A stretch of 64,000 bases of DNA from IMG/VR virus record IMGVR_UViG_3300008107_000033, positions 1-64,000 of that record; one strand, given 5' to 3'. The position numbers and the translations under genes were made by a program. The notes below the pieces were generated by a model, which was not told where the DNA came from, ran no database searches, and was given only the letters and a program-made list of their open reading frames with translations. Positions 39,701-49,682 of the stretch are shown in pieces (the stretch's first letter is position 1; each line of letters opens with the position of its first letter). The DNA comes from a virus.

Positions 39701-42700
39701 GCACGTTCATGTAGCAAATGAAATAACTAAATTCCTAAGAATTTATCCATCTGCCAATGCAGCTAACGGTATTTTTCAAGAAACTAGAAAAGAAATATTG
39801 AATGATGTAATTTATTATCTTGAAAAAACTGATATGAGTTTTGAACAATTTATTTCTATTTTTGAAAAAGTAATTGATAATCCAAGTTATTTTAAAATAG
39901 GTAATTCAAATGAAAGAAGTAAAATTGGCTCACTTAAGAAAAATTTAATTACAGATTATATAGAATATAAAAAACCAGAAGATCCTAATTCTGAAGATGG
40001 ATTCTTAAACAAGGTATCCTCCGCTCCATATCAGGTAGGAGATATTAGTTCTACTAGTTCTGAACTTTTGTCAGAAATAAAAGCAACTTTAGCTGGAAAA
40101 CATAGTTTGAAAGCCGAAGAATTAGTAAGCTTTGATCCAGATGAATTAGAGTTTCATCATATTATTACAACTTATCCAATTAAAGATAAAGATGAACCAA
40201 ATAAAATACCAGCAATATTACAGACTGCTCTTGGTTCTAACCTTGGATATCTTGATATGGAAAAAGACGGAAGATTCTATCTTACATTAGATGGAGTTAA
40301 TGTAAAGAAAACTGAAGAAGGCGCAAAGCTAGAACCAAGAGGGATATCTGATAAACATTCAGACCCATCATATTCTGCTACTCAAGCATCGATATCTGGC
40401 TCAACTGCCTACGCAAATTATCAACAGCCATATTCGCATGGAGCTGGAACAGTTCCAGAAACAATGAATAGCTCCAAGCCAGTAGACACGGTTGAATCTC
40501 ACTGGGAAAAAATGCTTGTTGATACATCTTATAGGGACGTGTCAGGCAGAATGCTTAGAGCATTCCCAACGTACATGTTGTGGTTAATTGATGAGGGTGG
40601 ATACTTTTCAGGTGTTAAAGTTTTCGATAATTTTTATGGATTGCAATCAATAATAGATTTTTCTATTATACAGTCAGAAGATCTTCTTGGTGACACATTG
40701 GTATTTAGAGTGTCAAATCTTTATTCAAAACTTTCCAAAAAAGAATCCGCCTCGTTCTTTTCGGTAGACTCAGAATATTCACAAGATAATCCAAGTTTAA
40801 CAGATGGTCTTTCAAGCATAATAGATGTTACCTTAAATAAAGCTAGAAATGTATTAGCTCATATGAAAAATGAGTATGTTGTTGATATAGAAAATATAAG
40901 ATTAAAACCAGGTGTTAGAGTCCACTTAAGAGGTGGTTACGGAGCAAATCCTAATTCACTTCAAACATTGTTTAATGGTGTTATTAGTCAGGTAGAGCTT
41001 GGCGAAATTGTAACTGTAACGGCACAATCAGACGCGATAGAATTAGGCGCAGTTGTAAATTCAACAAATAAAAAAGGTGACAGTGGAAAAATAGATGGAG
41101 GAATAAATACTGGTCTTTGGATGTCAGAGCCAAGAGACTTGATGGTTAGGCTTTTGTCTATGGGAGCTTCTAGATTTAGAGAAGGAATAGCTTACGCTAA
41201 CAGGGGATTGGTTTTCTCTGAAAATAAATTTGGAATAAGACACTTTGGTTCAATCGTTTACGAACCTCTTACGGTTGATGAAGAAAGAAAACATCAAGCA
41301 AGAATAGATGCTCTTTCTGATACCTATAATGCAGTCGGCTCGGGTAATGCTAGTGGTCTTGGAAAATCTGCATTAGATGTAGCTGTTGGAACAAATGAGT
41401 TTAGAAATCCAGTATTTTCTTTAATGAATCAACTATGGGCAAATTTTTCTCAAGCGAGAGATTTTGAGATATTTAAGAGAAATATTTATCCAGGAAATGG
41501 AACTGGAATAGCACAATTCCTTGGTGGAGACTTAGGCGACGGTTGGACATCTGTTTCTTCAATAACACCAGATGATCGACCAAACGAAAGAATTGAATAT
41601 TTATCCAGATTAACAGATAGAAGCTGGAATGGGCTTGTTCAAAAATATGCAGAAGGAGACGTTGACGCTAAAGTAGCAGTTGAGGGCGAAACCGCACAAG
41701 GAGAACTAAGAGATAGGTCTGGATCAGCAGCAGCGGGTTCATCGATTGCGATAAGTGGTTTAATCGGCATATCCGCAGTTGTTGGTGGTCCAGTTGGAGT
41801 TGTTGGCGCAACAGTTGGTGCAGGTCTTCTTGGAGTTCTTACTACAAGAGGTGGTAACAATATTTTCAACATGCTCGGCCTAACGTCTACCCTAGATGAC
41901 GACATGCCTGGTTTTGATGAAGTTTCATTTAGAGCTCAAACATATATGAGGTCTGTATGGGATTTATTCCAAACATGCGCAAGACTGCTTCCAAACTATA
42001 TAGTTGCAGTAAGGCCATTTGAAGATAGGTCAACTGTGTTCTACGGTAAACCGCATTGGCTCTATACTTCAGGTGTAGTTCCAGTGACTACTGGGTATCC
42101 GGGTGATGAAAAAATGGCCGAGCTTGGCATTAATATGGGCCCTAAGGTTGCCGACCCAGATTTTGAGTTGAGTAGAATAATAACTGAAATAAATAAAAAC
42201 TCAAGTTCTTATTCAGACGCAGATGCTTTTTACAGAGGTACAGAGCCAACAGACACAATTGCTCAATTCGCTTCTCTTCAAAAAAATGCACAAGGTTATT
42301 ATGCAGCCTCTGCAGACTTGAGGGGGCAATTAATTAATTTTAATTCAAATAAATCAAAAGTTAAAATTAACTCAAAAGGAATAACAACTGCAAAACTTCC
42401 AAAAACAAAAGGTGTAGTTACAATGGGATTTCACCTCCCAGTTGCAAATGTTATATCTGGCAAAGCCGTTACTAATTCAGTTTCAAAAGTTGTACACCCA
42501 TCAGATCCACATAGTGAAATACCACAACTTCCTTCTAGATTTAGATTTCCATTATTTACAAATAGAGCTGATATAAATGGTGAGTATAGATTAGAAAACT
42601 TTGCATTTCAAAAAGGACAAATTAAAGGTTATTCTAAAGTTAACAGAGTTATCAGTGATTTAGGAAATTCTAACGCTGATGCAGGAACTACTGGTTCAAT

Positions 42701-45700
42701 TGGTGTTGGCACAGGACAGGCTCTAGTGGATTTGGTTAAAGGAATATTCGCAGACGATCAAAGTCAAGTTGCATCTTACACAAATGAAGAAGTATATGAT
42801 AACTATCTACAGAGTGTTTCATCTGTATATGGGGATGCGTTTGTTGAACTTTTAGTCCCAGATAATAATAATGTCCTTGATAGAGGACTTCGAGTAGACG
42901 ATATAGCAGATGTTACTATAAACTCATATGATTTTAGTGGACCAATTGAAATTGGGTCAGAATCTATTATGATCTCAATGCCGTTGCCATCCAAAAGAAA
43001 TACATTAGAGATAGATTTTTCTGAGTGGGGAATGCCAAAAAACTCTGAAGAAGAACAATTCTATATTGCAATGAGATGGCCATATAAGCCAAATGCAAGT
43101 GAAACAGAAATAGCAAGATTTGCAAAAAAATATTTTAATTCAGAAACAAATGAATTAATTGGAAACGTTGAAGAGTATAAAAATTCTCACATATTAGTTT
43201 ATAATCCAGATACAAACAGTGGCGTTGTTTGCAAGCCAGCATATTTTTTATGGGGAGAAACTAAGTCTAATTTTCTTTCTGATGGAACCTCTACCGTTAG
43301 TAGCGAATATAATTTAGATATATCTGAAAGAACAATAGATGCGGTTGTTTCTCCAGACGCAGCTTACTTTCTTGGAATAATTTCTGGTGACGATGTAATT
43401 TTTTCTGATGGTAGAAAAAAAGTATTTAATAAAGGAAAAGGATATAGTGACCTACCAATTCCAAGAGAGTGTTATTTTGCGTTTGTTCCAGATACAGTAT
43501 CACTAGGTGTTGCAACTAGTGCGTTTATCCCAGGTAAAAAATTTGCGCTATTAGATGATTCAGGCAAAGAACTTGAAGATTTTTTAATTGGTTTTGGAGA
43601 ATTTCATTCAGAAGAAGGTAATCTAACCGCTAAACCAACAGCAAAGTTAGCCTCTGGATACAGAGGTGCTGGAGCAAATCCTGGTGGAGTACAAGGATTT
43701 GTTCCAGATAGAGCAGATGACTATGAAAAGTACAGGAATAATCTTACGGAATATTATCCTGTAGCTAAGCTAGCAGAGACTTCTGATTTCAGGTATGCAG
43801 GAAATTATACAGATTACTATAAAAATATATTTACTGATATTAGCACTGTAACTAGCAGAGATAAAGGTTATGATATTTTAGATGATGAGGTAGCAACAAC
43901 TGGTGATCCACTTAGCAATAAGGGAAGAAACCAATTTAAAACAGTCTTTAGTATGGTTGATTCAATATCAATTGAGGCAAGAAAATACTATGATGAAGCA
44001 TATGATCTAAACGTTTCTGTAATTGCTGGAGATGGCAGAAGTTTAAGTACGGCTCAAGATATATGGGATCAATTTAGATTTGGATATCATACCTATAGTT
44101 CTGTTAAGACAATATTTTTTAATACATTTGGTTTTGATCCTGAAAGTCAAGAAGATTTTTCTGAAGATATAATGAATATATTAATTAATGGCGACGCATC
44201 AAAGGGTATATTCAAAAAATATAAAGAAACGTTAGGAACGGCAACAGACGAATTTGCAATATTATTTGGTAATGAAGAAGCTTCATCGCGACAAGCAGCT
44301 ATAGAATTTGCAAGAAAGAATTTTATAGATGCACCCATTGCAGAAAGTGGCTTAATTGAATATTATGATTTAATGACTTTAGATAAAATAAAAGCTTTTA
44401 AAGAAAACTTTTTCTTAGATAATACTGAAGTTTTACAAGAACTTAGTGGGCAAACTGGAGATTTAATTAAAAATCCTCAACAATTATTTCTTGTTATGGT
44501 TGGTTTATTTAGGCAAGCTATGTGGGCAGATCCATACGCAAGAGCTTGGCTTGTTCTTAAACCATCCAGGAAAATAGGAATTGGATTTGGCACTGCAAGT
44601 GGTAAAGATCAATGGGACTTTAAACCCGTGGATAAAATATTTGCTGCGTTTATTAACCCAAATAATACTTACTCAAAAGATAAAAAGAAATTTTTACAAT
44701 TACTTTACAACAACAAAGGTGAAGGCAGTACATCTTCAAATTTCTTTACAAGAGCGACTAGTGGAATAGATAATTTTTGGGATAGAAATATAGGACCTAT
44801 ATTTTCCGCAATGGGTACAGCTTTATCTGGGCTAGTTAATATGTTTAAGCTCAATATGCTTCAGACTGGATATGGATTATCTCAAATAGGTTCTTTGTCA
44901 AAACAAGCAAATATTTTAAATAAAGCTCTGAATGATTCAATTTACTACCAGTTAGGTAGGCCAGGATCTCTTTTGAGAGCAGTTGATAATCCATTCACAA
45001 GAGAGTATGGAGAGCCAGTAATAGAAATTAGAGAGCCATTCCAAAGAGTACATTATCTAAGTTCTTTTAGCCATATTCTTTCAAATCAAATTCAAGAAAC
45101 AACGACAAATGTATCCACCGTAGTTACAGCTGTATCTGATGGAAAATATCCAGTTACAGTAGCTCTTGACAAAGGTGCACCAGCAGAAAGGCAAATGGAG
45201 TCAACTGTAGAAACAGGAATATATTTTGATAATGTTGTTGGAAGTGGTTTCTTTGGATTCCTTCACCCATTGCTACATCCTTTTGAAACTGGGAGAGGAA
45301 TATCAAAAAATTTAACTGGAGCCCCTGATGAACTCTCAGCTAAGAGAGTTGCACTATCTCATCTTAAAGAAAATATTAAAGATATATATGGTGGAGAGTT
45401 ATTAATTATAGGAAATCCCGACATAAGACCGCATGATATAGTTTATCTTGCTGACGTATACGAAAGAATGTACGGCTTATTCGAAGTAGAACAAGTCATA
45501 CATCACTTTACTTCTGAACTTGGTTTTGTAACTTCAATAACCCCAAATGCACTTGTAACCGTAAATGATCCAGCAAAGTGGTTTATGACATCATGGATTC
45601 ATTCATGGATGAACATGCAGGCAATAAGAAATGATACTAGATTATTCTTAGATGCAGTGAGGGCAGATAACTCAGGAATAACTCTTGGCGGCGATATATC

Positions 45701-47246
45701 AGTTGACAGACTTGCTGAAAATTTAAGTCCACAAATGATGGGAGGAATACAGTATACACATGGTTCTTCCGCCCTTATCAAAGATGTGGTTGCTAGTTTA
45801 ACCCATAGCAGCTTTGATTCAAGTACAACATTTACAGACGCAATCAGGAAACAGGCCGGGATTAACGGCAACAATGGCACTGTGTCAGGTGGTACGGCAG
45901 CAACGGCAATAACTGGAGTTGTAGGTGGCTCAGCAGCAGTAGGGGCTGTTGGTGGTTCAGCAATGCTTGGGTTAGCAGCACTTCCAATATTTGGGCAGCT
46001 TGCATGGAAAGGCTGGCAGTGGGTCAGAGATAATTTATTAGATCAACACGGATGCTATGTACAGTATTTGAATAAAAATGGTCAACCTATGGACGCAGGC
46101 CTCTCATATAATCAAGGAATGGTGGTTGGAAGATATCATTCTAAGGCACTGTTGCCCGGGATGCTAGGCTTAAGGAGAAAAACTCGCACAGCAGACGGAT
46201 ATGCCTATGTTAGAAGTGATGATATATTTAAGAGTCTTGGGTGGCAAGAAACAGAAATAAAAGAATTAGTTAGATATATAAGTTACGAGAATGCTTTAGT
46301 TCATGCACAAGTGCTCAATCTATCAGGTCTTGGTCCAGAAAAAACTACATTTGAACCTTTCTTTAAAATACTTTGTAAGTTAGACACTACGAAGGGAATG
46401 GAAAATACCGGAGTAGAAGACGCCGATACAATACATGTTATAGATATATTGAGTGGTGCAAAATTTAAAGTTCGTTTTGACGGAATCAACGCTCCAGAAA
46501 AATCTGTAGTAAGCTCAGCTTATCCAAAAGAACTTGTAAATCCCTCAGTTCCAACAGAAGCTGAAATTATTAGTAAGTCGTCTCCTGGATTTAAGAGCAC
46601 TCAGTTTGTCATTAATGCATTGAAAAATAAAACATTTTTATTAAGGGTTAAAAAATCAAGAGAGAACGGCGGACTTGCCAGTGAATCTGATATAGAAAAT
46701 TTTGAACCTGGCGCTGGATTTAATAGGGAAACAAATTATCTACAAGATATATATGAAAGAACACTTGCTACAGTTTTCTATAACGTCTCTGAAGAAAAGT
46801 TAATTAGCTTTAAAGACTTTATATTTAATTTATTTGTTTCTAATAATTTTGATAAATCAAAAATAGAAAAAGCTTTTAAAAATAGCTTTTCTAATTCAGT
46901 TATATATACAAAATATCAAGATATTTTTAATTCTATTTATTCTTCCACCGTAGTAGATCATATATCAAACTATTTAATTGGTAATACTGAAATATCAAAT
47001 CAAGAATTAAGAAAATTATTCTGTGCAATGGTAGAAATGAAGAGATTAGAACAAATTTATAAATCCGCATCAAGATGGCCGATGGTGCTTTGGGATGAGT
47101 ACTATGATGATGGGACTCCTTATACACTTAACTGGGAGTTGGTCGCAAACAACTTGGCTACTGTGTTCACAAATGATCTATTAACTGAATCAAATTCAGT
47201 TAACAAGGCAAAAGATTCTATTGGAATACCAACTGAGGTGAAATAA
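36705..47246 (+). CDS. Giant baseplate hub-like protein (3513 aa) with a C-terminal staphylococcal-nuclease-like domain
   Basis: Hub-like IIGNPDIRPHDIVYL.D....MYG.FEV..V.H.F....GF.T.I.P; SNase-like EDADT, VRFDGINAPE, DIYERTLA and LNWELV..NLA. Confidence 0.65.
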   Translation: MPINEKALEAENKELNNFSDPTRSGEDTLRELLKLMNRISPTAPDSEFDTWLKAGFFGTQSGNFEEKKAVAVRIFQGTDIERIAKLDSKYRGKIFGKILNTGLFNLAFNAFPISEFGKERLYSVATARKGAADALDPARDTAWLTQLMQVVRNISADPITLGVINSYFPSLVTFLFDAIAITADYSSGGEVNGESEDSINNMKDFIASLEKAFGRGLNDSNQTFKEAVFTMAFNFENTAKRMKKVLDNSPYRENTQPTSPDVFHLRIGAANFFVPPLSIDVNTSFKTGSLMGGALRQKNTPKFNSGYKESSIRMRLFFPNYEEIWGISIDDASKIVVGNNYEIDFKSDGSSDQKIDKFLSSLRGLVAAFKYSPFLPVRNHYLNTVHGITAVALSSMSISTVPNFPFALAVDIELLNFNHKPLLPMINDFNQAIHWGKYRQFMGKAAGALHNYVNGSFLMKTIDEKVPEKTIDTGTVTVGTGTYETSPYGASLQKTLLEKQSSYYDDILKTNIVSEWNDGRNISFYVPAETQTKIFLPDATSWRNDEERLMSDQSQDFWGKILNGFGVDINESAGYGLNLSGVYNVSKNTGINPNIKYHLSTIMDILTAGLNDDSYRKKVYSYVATLFVKENSLDSAQQAYILNIDSTNVPPETGVVTYTFNSIDYEEKTLQQMKNYLKNIAKSSKNLLDQQTKALADSQARKAGIKVPDTVAEGSTSYKNIYNKIRSQIKDGFNLTLYERFFKSAPIEELLEAARAKQGSFSFREWEVPMLKIDLDPTAAIVTGVSLTLGNNIAKLQLQMQDEPTYQHIGGKDTYINISMRIIGEKELAKLKRIFDHVNALARLEHSTGVLGYIGIKNIVTALSGVKYVLPSNFSVNTIPGFPHVYDVNISLIDFDIFQQARERLDSNQQRELIEHFSTKKNPFLRIKQMWGLFNAYPDLPLEIKNDKNEVVGHLDPDFYFRSFEMFDRDIINNISTAPKQLDIPGTNDNVGTKITKEMHVHVANEITKFLRIYPSANAANGIFQETRKEILNDVIYYLEKTDMSFEQFISIFEKVIDNPSYFKIGNSNERSKIGSLKKNLITDYIEYKKPEDPNSEDGFLNKVSSAPYQVGDISSTSSELLSEIKATLAGKHSLKAEELVSFDPDELEFHHIITTYPIKDKDEPNKIPAILQTALGSNLGYLDMEKDGRFYLTLDGVNVKKTEEGAKLEPRGISDKHSDPSYSATQASISGSTAYANYQQPYSHGAGTVPETMNSSKPVDTVESHWEKMLVDTSYRDVSGRMLRAFPTYMLWLIDEGGYFSGVKVFDNFYGLQSIIDFSIIQSEDLLGDTLVFRVSNLYSKLSKKESASFFSVDSEYSQDNPSLTDGLSSIIDVTLNKARNVLAHMKNEYVVDIENIRLKPGVRVHLRGGYGANPNSLQTLFNGVISQVELGEIVTVTAQSDAIELGAVVNSTNKKGDSGKIDGGINTGLWMSEPRDLMVRLLSMGASRFREGIAYANRGLVFSENKFGIRHFGSIVYEPLTVDEERKHQARIDALSDTYNAVGSGNASGLGKSALDVAVGTNEFRNPVFSLMNQLWANFSQARDFEIFKRNIYPGNGTGIAQFLGGDLGDGWTSVSSITPDDRPNERIEYLSRLTDRSWNGLVQKYAEGDVDAKVAVEGETAQGELRDRSGSAAAGSSIAISGLIGISAVVGGPVGVVGATVGAGLLGVLTTRGGNNIFNMLGLTSTLDDDMPGFDEVSFRAQTYMRSVWDLFQTCARLLPNYIVAVRPFEDRSTVFYGKPHWLYTSGVVPVTTGYPGDEKMAELGINMGPKVADPDFELSRIITEINKNSSSYSDADAFYRGTEPTDTIAQFASLQKNAQGYYAASADLRGQLINFNSNKSKVKINSKGITTAKLPKTKGVVTMGFHLPVANVISGKAVTNSVSKVVHPSDPHSEIPQLPSRFRFPLFTNRADINGEYRLENFAFQKGQIKGYSKVNRVISDLGNSNADAGTTGSIGVGTGQALVDLVKGIFADDQSQVASYTNEEVYDNYLQSVSSVYGDAFVELLVPDNNNVLDRGLRVDDIADVTINSYDFSGPIEIGSESIMISMPLPSKRNTLEIDFSEWGMPKNSEEEQFYIAMRWPYKPNASETEIARFAKKYFNSETNELIGNVEEYKNSHILVYNPDTNSGVVCKPAYFLWGETKSNFLSDGTSTVSSEYNLDISERTIDAVVSPDAAYFLGIISGDDVIFSDGRKKVFNKGKGYSDLPIPRECYFAFVPDTVSLGVATSAFIPGKKFALLDDSGKELEDFLIGFGEFHSEEGNLTAKPTAKLASGYRGAGANPGGVQGFVPDRADDYEKYRNNLTEYYPVAKLAETSDFRYAGNYTDYYKNIFTDISTVTSRDKGYDILDDEVATTGDPLSNKGRNQFKTVFSMVDSISIEARKYYDEAYDLNVSVIAGDGRSLSTAQDIWDQFRFGYHTYSSVKTIFFNTFGFDPESQEDFSEDIMNILINGDASKGIFKKYKETLGTATDEFAILFGNEEASSRQAAIEFARKNFIDAPIAESGLIEYYDLMTLDKIKAFKENFFLDNTEVLQELSGQTGDLIKNPQQLFLVMVGLFRQAMWADPYARAWLVLKPSRKIGIGFGTASGKDQWDFKPVDKIFAAFINPNNTYSKDKKKFLQLLYNNKGEGSTSSNFFTRATSGIDNFWDRNIGPIFSAMGTALSGLVNMFKLNMLQTGYGLSQIGSLSKQANILNKALNDSIYYQLGRPGSLLRAVDNPFTREYGEPVIEIREPFQRVHYLSSFSHILSNQIQETTTNVSTVVTAVSDGKYPVTVALDKGAPAERQMESTVETGIYFDNVVGSGFFGFLHPLLHPFETGRGISKNLTGAPDELSAKRVALSHLKENIKDIYGGELLIIGNPDIRPHDIVYLADVYERMYGLFEVEQVIHHFTSELGFVTSITPNALVTVNDPAKWFMTSWIHSWMNMQAIRNDTRLFLDAVRADNSGITLGGDISVDRLAENLSPQMMGGIQYTHGSSALIKDVVASLTHSSFDSSTTFTDAIRKQAGINGNNGTVSGGTAATAITGVVGGSAAVGAVGGSAMLGLAALPIFGQLAWKGWQWVRDNLLDQHGCYVQYLNKNGQPMDAGLSYNQGMVVGRYHSKALLPGMLGLRRKTRTADGYAYVRSDDIFKSLGWQETEIKELVRYISYENALVHAQVLNLSGLGPEKTTFEPFFKILCKLDTTKGMENTGVEDADTIHVIDILSGAKFKVRFDGINAPEKSVVSSAYPKELVNPSVPTEAEIISKSSPGFKSTQFVINALKNKTFLLRVKKSRENGGLASESDIENFEPGAGFNRETNYLQDIYERTLATVFYNVSEEKLISFKDFIFNLFVSNNFDKSKIEKAFKNSFSNSVIYTKYQDIFNSIYSSTVVDHISNYLIGNTEISNQELRKLFCAMVEMKRLEQIYKSASRWPMVLWDEYYDDGTPYTLNWELVANNLATVFTNDLLTESNSVNKAKDSIGIPTEVK

Positions 47247-47247
47247 T

Positions 47248-47379
47248 ATGTCTTTCTTTAATATCAATTCTGAAAATTTAGCAGATTCAAAATCTTTTAC
47301 AAAAGCTATAGTTGATAATATTGTTCCAAAAAATGGAATAGCTATTACCAAAACATCTTTAGCAGAGCGACGGATATGA
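47248..47379 (+). CDS. Unlisted 43-codon N-terminal segment of the lysin gene (joins the 47459 frame by +1)
   Basis: ATG 1 nt after the hub stop: MSFFNINSENLADSKSFTKAIVDNIVPKNGIAITKTSLAER-CGG ATA TGA. Confidence 0.7.
   Translation: MSFFNINSENLADSKSFTKAIVDNIVPKNGIAITKTSLAERRI
47371..47374 (+). other. +1 frame-break site 2 (in-frame CGG-A)
   Basis: GAG CGA [C] GGA TAT GAA GGC continues open into ORF 47459; the allowed window is 47363-47379. Confidence 0.8.
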
Positions 47380-47458
47380 AGGCCAAAGTTTAGTTTCTAC
47401 AGACCTCATCTCTGCAGCTTCTGGCAAAGAGCTTTTTGGCAATGAAAACTATGCAAAT

Positions 47459-49303
47459 ATGTTTAGAGCAGATATGGCTAGGGAAAGCTTAAATGCTATT
47501 GCTACTAGCGCTTTTGAATATCAATTAACGAATAAAACACAAAATGCACCAGATGTAGTAAACAGCTTTTTAACTTCTGGTTCTTTTGGTAGAAAATATA
47601 ATGATGGACTTATTAGTGATTTAGATTCTGCAATTAGATCAAAGTATGGCACTGGTGTAACTTCAGGCGTATATGACATAAATGGAAATGGTCATACATC
47701 TGTGAATTATGGTGGATCACCACTAGTTGGTTCTGGGGTAATGCCAATAGCAAAATTGTCACTGTTAACTGATTCTCAAAAATCTTGGTACTCAGAAAGA
47801 GCAGCTGTACTAGATGCAAAACTTGGCACATCAATCAAATCTGGTTTTTCATTTGATATTGATAATTCAAGAACAAATGCTCAGTATGACACCTCGAGCA
47901 TAGTTCCTGGTGCAATAGATGCAATTGATAGAAAAATAGCAGCAGATATAATATCTGCATCGCAAGAAAAAGCTTTTGTTTCCGCTTCATTAACAGAGTT
48001 TTTACTTGCCTTATTGTCTGATACTTTTGGGCCAGCATTAAAAATTACCGGTATACTGGGTTTGCAAAGACAAAATGATACACCAAAAAGCGATGGAACA
48101 GAAGCTAATGCAATAACCGATCATGCCTTCGGTAGAGCTTTTGATTTTAGTTATATACAAAAAGTTTCTGGGCCAAAATTAGATTCAATTAGTACGGCTA
48201 AAGGTCATATCGAGCAGTTAACAATTTTATTAGAAAAAATGAATGCGATGCCAACGTATTTAATCCCTGATTATATAGCAGTTTCATCAAAGTATGTTGA
48301 CAAATCTTATGATACATATGATAGCAAAACAAATCAATTATGGGCCAAGTATCCAAATTTAAAATATTTAAAATTAAAAAGAGATACTTCTGGAGTTCAT
48401 GATAATCATATACACATTAGCTTTTCTCCCGCAAGAGGTGGAATGTATGCTGGGCCTGGTGGGATGTTGTTTAACGCAGCTTCAGCTGCTGGAGTATCTT
48501 CTGCCGTACAAGCTGGAGTAAATAAAGTTTTATATAAAATTTCTCCGTATGGAGCAATGCCAACAAATATTTTACAAAAAGATTTTACAGGAAATAAAGA
48601 ATCAGTTAAACCAGATGAATTATTTTTAGCATTAACACAAGCTGGATATTTTTCAGATGAAACTGCAGCTATATTTGTTGCTTTAGCTAACAGAGAATCA
48701 TTAAGAAAAGTTTATATAGTTGATTCAATAGGAGCTCTTGGACCTTGGCAAATCTCCGCTGGAAAATCAGATGGTGGAAATATTCCTGTTTATATAAAAC
48801 TGCCACAGCCAGAATTAATTAATCCATTTAGCAAAATGGCATATGTTAATTGGCAAAAAGAAAACTTAACAAATGATCAAATTTGGGAAAAGATTAAACA
48901 ACAAGGAAAAACACAAGATAAAGGTATAGGAAATTATGATACCAGATTGTGGAATTTAACCAATCAAGTATGGATATTAAGATCTAAGATTGGAAGAGGA
49001 GATAAAAAATCAGTAGTTAACGATCTTCCCGTCTTTGCTTGGGGTGATTATGGCGGACCCTATGCACCTAAGTATGGATGGGTTTCTTCAACTAGTGGAT
49101 CATTTTGTAGGTTTGCAGATGCATTGGAAGTTTATCAGAAAATGACTGGTAAAACAGCAGCAGATTTGAAAGAGTTCTTGATGACTCAAACTCCAGCTAA
49201 TTCAAGAACACTAAAAAAAGATATTTGGGTAGCAAATAACGGTAAAACAATTTTGGAAAATTGGATTGACGGAGTCAATTATCCAAAAATAAATCTAGGT
49301 TAA
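47459..49303 (+). CDS. Tail-associated peptidoglycan hydrolase: M15-like Zn peptidase plus lysozyme/SLT-like domain (about 684 aa if joined from 47248)
   Basis: DHAFGRAFD (H-x6-D) and HDNHIHIS; ANRES...GPWQI. Confidence 0.7.
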   Translation: MFRADMARESLNAIATSAFEYQLTNKTQNAPDVVNSFLTSGSFGRKYNDGLISDLDSAIRSKYGTGVTSGVYDINGNGHTSVNYGGSPLVGSGVMPIAKLSLLTDSQKSWYSERAAVLDAKLGTSIKSGFSFDIDNSRTNAQYDTSSIVPGAIDAIDRKIAADIISASQEKAFVSASLTEFLLALLSDTFGPALKITGILGLQRQNDTPKSDGTEANAITDHAFGRAFDFSYIQKVSGPKLDSISTAKGHIEQLTILLEKMNAMPTYLIPDYIAVSSKYVDKSYDTYDSKTNQLWAKYPNLKYLKLKRDTSGVHDNHIHISFSPARGGMYAGPGGMLFNAASAAGVSSAVQAGVNKVLYKISPYGAMPTNILQKDFTGNKESVKPDELFLALTQAGYFSDETAAIFVALANRESLRKVYIVDSIGALGPWQISAGKSDGGNIPVYIKLPQPELINPFSKMAYVNWQKENLTNDQIWEKIKQQGKTQDKGIGNYDTRLWNLTNQVWILRSKIGRGDKKSVVNDLPVFAWGDYGGPYAPKYGWVSSTSGSFCRFADALEVYQKMTGKTAADLKEFLMTQTPANSRTLKKDIWVANNGKTILENWIDGVNYPKINLG

Positions 49304-49311
49304 GGAAAATA

Positions 49312-49680
49312 ATGGCAATAAATTATCCAAAATTTGACAATAAGATTCAATCTAAAATTGATAACTCAAGAATGCGCCAGTCAAAAACAAGGCCTGGCGT
49401 AATAATGAAATTTGATCCAGTAACTAATTCAGCTGATGTAATAATAGATGATCAGTATTCTGGGGAAATAGGAAACATTGTATCTGGAGTCCCATGCCCC
49501 ACATTGCCAGGAATTCAAACGGTTGCCCCAAGTCCTGGCACACGTTGCTTAGTGGGCTTTAGGGATGACAATGAAAGATTCGCATATATAATTAGTCTAT
49601 TTGAAGAAGGAACATTGGACTCAAATTACATGTATAATTATACGGTGAATACCGGTATACCAAAGTTTATGTCGAGGTAA
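49312..49680 (+). CDS. Baseplate spike OB-fold-like protein
   Basis: RPGVI..FD.....ADV...VP...GI....P..GTRCLVGF; position in the baseplate module. Confidence 0.55.
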   Translation: MAINYPKFDNKIQSKIDNSRMRQSKTRPGVIMKFDPVTNSADVIIDDQYSGEIGNIVSGVPCPTLPGIQTVAPSPGTRCLVGFRDDNERFAYIISLFEEGTLDSNYMYNYTVNTGIPKFMSR

Positions 49681-49682
49681 AA

